A stretch of 53,326 nucleotides of DNA, filler included, from Bipalium vagum (lineage: Eukaryota): the NCBI GenBank assembly GCA_037834085.1. It is 3 parts of 3 records of this genome, joined end to end, with 100 filler letters (N's around TTAATTAATTAA, not from the genome) between each part and the next. Parts side by side here need not be neighbours in the genome. Positions count along the whole stretch, not along the records: positions 35,138 to 53,326 come from JBBMKC010037308.1; 2 more parts are not named here. One strand, written 5' to 3'. Both the position numbers and the translations under genes were made by a program. Under the pieces are notes generated by a model. That model was not told the DNA's origin. It saw only the letters and a list, made by a program, of their open reading frames with translations, and did not search any database. The number at the start of each line of letters is the position of its first letter. The stretch's first letter is position 1. Shown piece by piece: positions 40,412-49,425 of this stretch.

Positions 40412-43069
40412 ATTTATCGGATCAGTCAAATATTAATTAATTAATATTTAATTTTAAATCAAAACGATAGAAATCTGAAATATTTACAAAGCCACAAATA
40501 ATGACAGCTAAATATTTTGGTAAACATTGGCAAACATTATTGTAGTGGACCAATACTTCTGCAATCTGTCATAACATCAACATAGTCAACATGTCTTTAT
40601 GGATTTATTTTTTTATAATAAATATGTAATATTTGATTATTTATTTCTGTTTAGTAGTCACGGAAAATTAGAGAATCCGTAGTTTATTTGATCAGAAATG
40701 TTTTCCTTTCAATTGTTTGGCCATTTGGCTAATTTTGCATACCAGTCTAGTTAATATTGACAAATCCCCCAAAAGTTGCTTCCCCTTTGTGAATCTTGAT
40801 TGTTTGCCCTAAGAACAGAGGCAAGGAAAAGTTTTACTTTCCCAAGAATACCTCGTCCTAGTCATTGTGGAATATGGAAGCAAATTTTGAGATGATTTGA
40901 GTTTTCGTCTATCTATTTCACGTCTCAAAGTTTGTTGCTGCTCTTTGACTAAAACTAATCAAAATATAAAATTTTCTGTGGAATCCATAATTAACAAGAA
41001 TTAAGCATTGTATTTGTGGCCATTAAATAACCTTTACGACTACCAAGAAATAATGGGTATTTTTCTACATTATTAATTCACTAAGATGTGTTATATAAAT
41101 CCATATTTTATGGTATTTTCATATTTTATAAGCACTGTTAAAATATTATTTTAACGCTTGATAAAATGAAATTAATAATAATAAAAAATAGTAAAAAAAA
41201 TCCTCAAAATAATGTGATATCATTTTCCATGTAAATAATTCTTTATTCTTATTTCTGATACCAAATTTACATGGTAAATCAGGGTAAGATTTACATAAAA
41301 TAAGAACATCAAAAGTAAAATGTCCATTTAAATAATGGGCAGTGTAATGAATGTAATGGGATACTAATTATTTTCATTATTATGTAATTTCTACAGGTAA
41401 TGTTAATTGGAATAATTTTTATGTAAATCTAATGTTTTGTAAGACACTTGTTACGTAGTATAATTATCAAATTTCCTTTGTTATAATATTTTTTCCCTAA
41501 ACCAAAGGATAATGAAACAATGATATTATATTCATCTTTTATTTATTAAGTAATAATTTAATAATTATTATTTAAGGAAATTTTACCTATTAATAAAATT
41601 AATGAAATTTCTCCATATGTAGGTGAAATATGTTATGTTGATAAAAATTTTTATAAATAATTATAAAATCAAGAATAATAATCAATGACGATTGGAAATA
41701 AATAATTAATTTTATTTCTATCCTCAAATATTAATCATTGATTTTTGATGAATAGTTTCTATAAATTCTAAATTAGAAAATAATGGACACTGAATTATTT
41801 TATTATTATTACTATTATTATTATTACTATTATTATTATTATATTATTATCATATTATTATAAGCTGTTATATTAAAAATTATTATGGTAATTGAGTTTT
41901 AGTTGATTTTTTAAAATTTTTTTAAAATTTTTTTTTAATTTACTCGGCAAAATTGAATTTGATTGATTAACTTGCGGATTATTTTTTCAGTAACCATAAT
42001 TAAGAAAATAAACAATTTTTTATTTTATGCGTTTAGCAGCGGTATCAACTGCAAAAGGGAAAAATTATAAAAATGTATAAATAATTTTCCTACATTTCAA
42101 ATAAATTTAGAACTAAATGATAATAAAATTTTTACTAAATAAAATGTTTTCGAAGCTCAAATGTTCAAACATTTGCTCATATTAACTCACAAACTAATAA
42201 ACCCATTACATCATTTCATTCCTTCTGTATAACATTGACACCATTAATTAGAACGTCGGAAAATATAACTGAAGCTAAAATTATGATAACTGCAGTGACA
42301 TCCAACCATCATAATATATTTTAAAAAACCTAATTATTTTGACTGCTGGTTTAAAAAATGATTTGCCAATTCGTTTGATTTTAATGATTATGTATAAAGC
42401 AGATTTCATGCTGGTGTGATATTAACACGTGAGCCCCTATTTACAAATAAATGCTTTCTCAATTGTTATAAATAAGGCTCCGTTCAACCATCGATTCTGT
42501 CATGCACCGAGGAACACATGTACGGGCCATTCTCAACAGATCTAAGCAACTGCTTCCATATTTAAAATGAGGGTGAAAAATAAAGGGTGAATCTATATAC
42601 ATGGTTATGTACTTATTTATGTATTTATAAAACGTTTTGATGAGCTTAGACCAACAGCTGTTTTTACGACGAAAATTTCAACTTCAGTGGACATGCTCTA
42701 TTGGAAATGACGATGATTAAAAAACACTCTTAATTAAATAATAAATTTGTATCATTTGAGATCATATCAATTTTTAATGGATGTTAACGAAAGTGACAAA
42801 ATAATAATTTTTAAATCAAATGAAAATCAGTTTAAAATCAATAGAGAAAAGTAATCATTAAATTTTTTTTAAAAATAATAAAAATATTACTATTAATACT
42901 ATAAGCAGTTTTCCGAAACATTTCTTTCATATATATTTTATAAAAGCAATTACTTCCTTTCGCAATAGATGATATGAAGGATATGAAAGGAGAAAACCAA
43001 AATGTTGCAAGAAAAATATGTCAGATTGTTGCCCTACACATTGTCTTTTTCAATTGTTTTTTGTAGAAG

Positions 43070-43467
43070 ACAATCACTTGTTTGACAATTTTTCCACCAT
43101 ACACACACGCAGAACGTAAGGAAGTCGTGAAATTTGATTGGTGGGCAAAGACTTCAATCACGATAAAGCGCTTTGATTAATAGTACAATCACAGAAGAGA
43201 AGATTATTATTCAATGCTTGACGTAACAGACGTTCGATCTGATTGGCGCTCACCGTCATCAGTGCCATTGAGTAAATGAGATTCGCTAATATAAAGTGAG
43301 TCGAGGAATGTTTTTATATTTTCCAAATTTATATTATCCTCATAAACATTGATATTTGCCTTTCTGCACACTTTATAATATCATTTCAAATATATAATTG
43401 TTTTAATTATAACCGGAAAAAAGTAAATCACTTTTAAATTGGACCTGTAACATTTTTTTCTCTTCAG
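43070..43467 (+). promoter_or_regulatory. Putative proximal promoter / 5' leader of the gfi1-like gene
   Basis: Locally GC-richer and free of transposon remnants. Contains GGAAGT (43120), TGACGTAA (43219), inverted CCAAT (ATTGG, 43242), TATAAA (43290-43295) and multiple AATCA(C) sites. Confidence 0.55.
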
Positions 43468-43469
43468 AA

Positions 43470-43569
43470 ATGTACCGATCCGACATGGTCCAGCCTCATG
43501 ATGGTTTGACCAAACAAAATCTGAACAATCTACCAATTCCATTTCCATGGTTAGCGTTATTTCGAAAAT
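43470..43569 (+). CDS. gfi1: gfi1-like coding exon 1 ([33 protein letters not shown])
   Basis: ATG at 43470 lies just after a pyrimidine tract and CAG. The frame is open to a phase-1 donor (T|GTAATT at 43570) that matches the phase-1 acceptor at 43647. There is no homology support, so this exon is less certain than the finger exons. Confidence 0.65.
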
Positions 43570-46023
43570 GTAATTTTTTATCACTTTGAATTCTTTTCTG
43601 TCAAGCTATATTTACGTGTATATATTATTAATATTTTTTTGATTTAGTCTTTGGATTAAATGTCCCGCTTCCTATTTTTCCAAATGCACATTTCAATCCC
43701 AACATTTTATCAAAACAAATTTTCAACAGCAACTCCAATTTTACAATGAATAATTCTTCGAAAACATTTTCGCCTCCGACATCAAATATACCGAGAATTG
43801 TGTCTCCCTTTAATTTTTCAAAAATCGACACCAGTGTTCATAGTTCTTCGGAAATCAGTTGTCAAGGTGATAGCAGCATCGGAGAAATGAACATGAATGG
43901 AATTCCAGTTGGAAATGAAGTAAATGAAAATAATATGGAAGTCTTAAATAACTTCAAATGTATTCGTTGTAAAAAATATTTTCCAAATTCTCATGGTCTG
44001 GAAGTCCATGTCAGAAGGTTATTTGACTGTTTTTAAAATACAACTGTTAACATATTTTCTTTTAGATCACACAGTGGTCGACGACCTTATGAATGTGATA
44101 TCTGTCCAAAAAGCTTTGGTCATTCGGTGAGCTTATCTCAACATCGAGTAACTCATACGCAGGAAAAACAATTTCAATGTCCACAATGTGGAAAGCGTTT
44201 CAAAAGATCTTCAACATTAAGCACTCATTTACTAATTCATACGGGAAATCGTCCTTTTCCTTGTCCTTATTGTTCCAAAAGTTTCCATCAGAAATCAGAC
44301 ATGAAAAAGCACACGTACACTCACACAGGTAATAATATTAGTAATGATATCAATAATGATAATAATCCAATCAATATTTTAATTAATTAAACTTTTCATT
44401 AATAAATAATAAGTTGGTTTAAGTAATAAAATAGGCTATAGAATTCGTTTGTATAGAGATTTGTAAAACTTTCAATTTTAATAAATTGTTGGCTTAGGCA
44501 ACAATGGATGAATTGCAAACAATAGGATGTATAATTTTGGATACAATAGATAAGTACCAGCTTAGGCAATGATGAGTTTATCATATTAAGAGATAATTCC
44601 CAAGTGAATTCGAATCTGAGGACAATAAACAGAGACAAATACATAACTCCAATACAAGTAGCATGTTAGATTATTTGGCCGCCATAATTAGCGATTTTAT
44701 CTATTAATATTATGATTGCATGTCCACGTCTTTGTATTTGGCCATATCTGAGTTTTATACCAACATTTATGGTCTCGTGGTAGATGTAATTTCCATTTAA
44801 TGATGAATTTATGATTTCTTTCATCAATAAGGTTTTTAATCCAATTGAAAATATTTCAATATAGATATGAACGAGCTCTCAGATATTGATTAAATCTATT
44901 AAGGAAAATTTATGATACCATATGTTGGTTAGATAATAACTCCATAATATTTTTTTGATAATATAAATCCACCAGTTCATTAATTAAATCTTTGTCTCCT
45001 GTTTTTCTGTATGAGAAGCGAAATGTAAAGTCAGGAGACTTGATCATCAAAACATTCTGAAGAGAATGGCATCGTCTAGTACTAGTGGGATCCAGTCGAA
45101 CTGTTTGTAATATTTAAGATTGGGATGCTTCATTCACGACTTTTGTTGTTTTGTTGCATCAAGACTTAGTTCTTCAATAATATATAAAAATTAATTTGTA
45201 TTCCTTTCATCTAGATTTGTTATTTAGGTTTTAGGAAAATTTGAGGAAATTCACTAACCGCTCCTAACATAATAACTGATTGTCATTATCCAATACCCTT
45301 AAGGTCTCAAAGAATATTATTTTTATTATTATAGTCATATCATGATATGGCCACATTTTCGAATGAAGAAGAATTGTTTCTTGATTCTGAATACTTAGCG
45401 ATTTATTTAAATGTTCTAATGTCTCTTGTTAGGAAATCTATTAAACACCTAAACCTGATATTTTACGTGACATTCTGCCAGTAATTCTTTTACTGAAATG
45501 AGATCCCTTGACATGATAAAACCAATTAAACATTATCTATTATTATGACAATGAAAGCGTTTGTTTGATGAATATTGTTTAAGAGTTTAACAAAGAAGTT
45601 AATGAGAGTATTATTATAAATTATTATTATTATTACTATTCATATTACCATTATATAATTGTAGGAGAAAAGCCATATAAATGTGTCGTATGTGGTAAGG
45701 CATTCAGTCAATCATCAAATCTCATAACGCACTCCCGAAAGCATTCTGGAGAGAAGCCTTTCTGGTGTCATAAATGTTCCAGAGGATTTCAAAGAAACGT
45801 AGATCTACGAAGACATATTCAGTCTCAACACGTTGAAGAAAATGAGGCATTTTGTAAAACCATAGATAGATTATCATCATCCAGTATGGATGAAAAATGT
45901 TACATAGATCCTATTAAAAATGAGTCTGTAAATATTATAAATATACCAATGAAGAAAACAAACTTACCTTATTCAGTAGAAAATATTCTTGCAAACCATT
46001 CACAGTTGGATCATTTATGTTGA
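43470..46023 (+). CDS. gfi1: Gfi1/Senseless/PAG-3 family C2H2 zinc-finger transcription factor; 4 coding exons, join(43470..43569,43648..44017,44066..44328,45665..46023), 363 aa
   Basis: The spliced translation gives six fingers: [116 protein letters not shown] and [24 protein letters not shown]. These carry the diagnostic Gfi1 strings [33 protein letters not shown] and [13 protein letters not shown]. All introns are GT-AG and phase-compatible (78, 48 and 1336 nt). Total CDS is 1092 nt ending in TGA. Confidence 0.95.
43648..44017 (+). CDS. gfi1: gfi1-like coding exon 2 (Asn/Ser-rich region and most of zinc finger 1)
   Basis: Acceptor TTTTTTTGATTTAG ends at 43647. The frame is open, includes ORF 43746..44036 and reaches HGLEVHVR. 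Donor AG|GTTATT at 44018. Confidence 0.88.
44066..44328 (+). CDS. gfi1: gfi1-like coding exon 3 (zinc fingers 2-4)
   Basis: Acceptor TTTTCTTTTAG ends at 44065. Encodes [10 protein letters not shown]...HTYTHT. Donor CAG|GTAATA at 44329. Confidence 0.95.
44420..45130 (-). mobile_element. Decayed non-LTR retrotransposon (CR1/L2-like RT) remnant in intron 3
   Basis: Minus-strand remnants in RT order, heavily frameshifted: [31 protein letters not shown]. Confidence 0.5.
45665..46023 (+). CDS. gfi1: gfi1-like coding exon 4 (zinc fingers 5-6 and C-terminal tail)
   Basis: Acceptor TTGTAG ends at 45664. Encodes [27 protein letters not shown]...[19 protein letters not shown]. Not in the ORF track. 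Confidence 0.95.
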
Positions 46024-46109
46024 ATGATAAACTATATAATACTGTCTGAAGAAAACGAAATCTAAACATTCTATTGTACAGAAATGATTTGTACATTTTT
46101 CTCGATCTT

Positions 46110-46115
46110 AATAAA
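46110..46115 (+). terminator. Candidate polyadenylation signal of the gfi1-like gene
   Basis: First AATAAA after the stop codon, about 87 nt downstream, followed by T-rich sequence. Confidence 0.5.
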
Positions 46116-47449
46116 ATTTCAGATCAACCTTTGTATTTTAAAAGTTCAAGAATCATATTTCCAGATCAGTCAATAATGAGAGTGTTGGTTCTTTTTATCT
46201 CGCTGTAGTTTTGTTCCAAAATGTAATGTTTGAGCCTAAATTTATCAATTGTTGTAAACAGCGTTTTGCGATTGTACTTTTATTTTAATTGGTTTAAATT
46301 AGGTTTATTTTGTTTGAAACGAAGATACGTTTAAATGATTTCAAGAACAAATTTTGAGTGGCAAATGTGAAATTGATTGAAGAAATCAATAAATTGTTTG
46401 ACATTTTTTCTTCCATCATTAATATTTATTTTAATGAACCTTGAGGAACTCATTCAGAATTTAGTGTGACTTAGGAATAAGTACAAATCCCATGGACTTT
46501 TTTTAATTTACTGTTTTGTTCCTTTTTTGCTGAAAAGTTAGAGGTTCTTTTATCTTTTGAAAGAATATAAGAATAGGATATCTTATAATCCTAAAAAGAT
46601 TGCTACTGTAAATGTGCATGATATTTTAGTGAATAAAATATGAGGTCTGACTATATGTGACAATAGTGTTTGTTTTGTGTTAATAATTCGGCTCAATTAT
46701 CCAGTGGAAAGTATTTAGACATTTTTTTACACTGGCTTCAAGTAATTATCTTAGAAAAAAATGAAGACTTTCACAGAAGTTTTCCACTTTAGAAAATATA
46801 TTTAGATCTTATATTTCTTAATGATCAAAATATAACAATTGGACTTTTGGCTTATCATTAATTGTCGGTAACTCGAACTTTTCCTTATTCGATTAATTTT
46901 TAGTATCAAATTCTTGATACGGTCACACAAGTATATGATAGAATGTTTCATTTGTGAATGGGTTTTCGAAACAAGGATTCTTATTTTAGTACGATGTTCT
47001 CTGATTAATATTTTTTTGTGAAAGGTTATTTTATCAAATTTCTCATAGAATATGAACATTATCTAAGTTTCTTGGAACATGGTTTTCATTAAAATTATTG
47101 TTTCCATTCTTTTTTGATTCTGTAAGTTGATTTTGGAAACTGAACTCAGTACCTCTAAGTAAATTCTCTAGTTTTGCTTTTTAGCAAGAATATGACTTAA
47201 GTAGATATTGTCTCAAAACAAAAATTTTACTTTAAATCATTGAGTTAATTTCCAATGCTCTTTGAGTTACCGTAGTATTTAAGTTTTATGTTCAAAATGA
47301 CCTTGATGTACAAGCATAGTATGAACAATGTCTATGATTTTTCACCGTTTTATTTAATTTTTATATGTTTTTTATACGGTAATTATATTTTAATACAGTT
47401 TTCATGAAGTATTTCATTAAATATTTTTAATAATAACTAATTATAAATT

Positions 47450-48040
47450 TTATAAAAGATTTAACGGAACACGGAATAATCAAATTAGAAAAAATTTCAT
47501 TTACAATTACAAATTAGGCAAAAAAAACGGCTTGAAAATGTTGGCCAAGAACTAATTAATGATTGTGTTGTGCAGCGTGGATATGAACTTTTTGTCAGAT
47601 CGATGTGATCCTTGACTGTCACGAAGGTCACGACATTAATAATGACAAGCTAAAGAAGATAGTCGAGGTGGATCCAATTAAAGCCATTATAGAAGTAGCA
47701 GGGGAACAAAACCTCGACCATACCATTCTAATTCATCATTTAAATATAATTGAAAAGGTAAAACTATTGAAATGTTGGTGCAACACCAGTTGAGCGGAAA
47801 ACAATGAATCATCATTTTAAAGTGGTATCTTCACTGCTTTTACACAACAACAATGATCCATTTCTTCATCGAATCATGATGTGCAATGAAATGGAGGCTA
47901 TGTCAAATCGAAAACGTTCGATACAATGGTTGGACAATAGTGAAGCTCTTAGGCACTTTCAAAAACTAATTTAAACCCAAAAAACAAGTTATCTTGACTA
48001 TTTGGTAGTTCAATTATCAAGATATCAAAAAACTTGTTAA
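47450..48040 (+). mobile_element. Mariner 5' half, degenerate
   Basis: INNDKLKKIVEVDP..DHTILIHHL, PFLHRIMMCNE and RKRSIQWLD. Confidence 0.75.
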
Positions 48041-48078
48041 TTGATAACCGAAATGTATTGCCTCTTAGATTTTATTTT

Positions 48079-49200
48079 GATTATCTTTTGAAAAGTCCCT
48101 GGCCCGAACATGAAAATACACTAATAGTAAAAAACTACCAAAATTAATGAAAAGTGCATTGTTTTAGACTATGAAATACCAAATTTTAATGAATTTATCA
48201 ATTTTTTTAAATTATCCACTAACATTAGAATTACATACTCAGTTTTGATTTTTTAGATGGAAAAGGTGAATTCCGTATATTGATTAAGCTCTATTTTTTA
48301 TGAAAGAAAACTCAAAAAGAAGCAGAAGAAAACTGGATAAATATTATAGTGATTTTGCTTCTTCGTATTCAATGGTAAAAAACTGGGTCGCTGACTTTAC
48401 ACGCGGTTTAAACTTTTAAAGCACAAATGAAGCAGTCTTCAGATTGAAGTGGTTGTGTCAGAGAACATTCAAAAATCCATGAAGCAATTATGGATGATCG
48501 AAAAATCAAAATCCGCGAGCTATCTAACTTTACAAAGAGTCAATAGTGTTTGGAAAATAATTCACTATGAATTTGAAATGAAAAAGCTTGTCGCAAAATG
48601 GGTGCCGCGCACTTTGACAATCAATCAAAAGCAGCAACGAGTTAATGATTCAAAGCTGTATTTAAGCGTTTTTAATGGAAATCAAAATGAATTTTGAGTA
48701 GTTTTATAACCGTTGATGAAACTTGGATGCATAACCGGTGAAGGTGCTCCACACCGGCCAAAATCACACTGGTCAGCTGGAAAGGTTATGACAACTGTTT
48801 TTCGTGACGCCTATGGAATACTAACTATTGATTTCATTGAAAAATGGAAAACGATAATGGGACGATATCATGCAGCATTAATGGGTGAATTAAGTAATAT
48901 AAAGGTAGTAAAAACCACATTTAGCACAAAAGAAAGTGTTTTTTCATCATGAAAATTCACAACCTCATCGAAATGTAATTTCAACGATTAAAATACACGA
49001 ATTGCACTAAAATTTGCTTCTGCATCCATTTTATTCTCTGGACTTAGCACCTAGCGACTTTTTCTTATTCCCAAACTTCAAAAGATCACTCTCTTGTAAA
49101 AGATTTTAGACAAATGGAGACTATGTTGAATAATAAAACTTTTTCATGTCTTAAAAAATTATTTTTGTTTGTAAGACCAGGGACTTTTCGAACAACCTAG
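48079..49200 (+). mobile_element. Mariner (Himar1/irritans-like) with both TIRs, pseudogenised
   Basis: TIR core GAAAAGTCCCTGG at 48090 and inverted at 49177-49189; the end is CTAG|TA. Motifs KWVPRTLT, FITVDETWMH, AGKVMTTVFRDAYGI and YSLDLAPSDFFLFPN. Confidence 0.9.
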
Positions 49201-49279
49201 TATATTTTTCAATTTTATTTTATTCTAAAACTTGGTTTTTTACCCACCTTAAAAACCCAATTTCATCCAAACACAATAT

Positions 49280-49425
49280 TCCAATAAGATGGAGCATTAG
49301 TTCATTATGGTCGAATTTTCGAAACCGTAGATCAGCAATTTCCAGGAAGATTGCGAAGACGCGTACTAATTGTTTAGGCTGTGAGGTCACCAGACTTGTC
49401 CTCTTTGGACTTTTTGTGTTTTAAA
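49280..49425 (+). mobile_element. rosa/DD41D-like catalytic fragment
   Basis: Q*DGALVHYG..VDQQFPGR...*AVRSPDLSSLDFL. Confidence 0.7.

Noticed and set aside
43628-43831. Antisense ORF overlapping gfi1 exon 2
   Set aside because: It is the codon-aligned reverse frame of the real exon, with a non-ATG start and no independent support.
46037-46048. TAATACTGTCTG in the 3' UTR resembling the 5' end of miR-8/miR-429
   Set aside because: No complementary arm nearby could form a precursor, and it is in the sense orientation, so it is not a target site either.
46024-46130. miR-9 regulation as in fly senseless
   Set aside because: No ACCAAAG seed match is visible in the predicted short 3' UTR.
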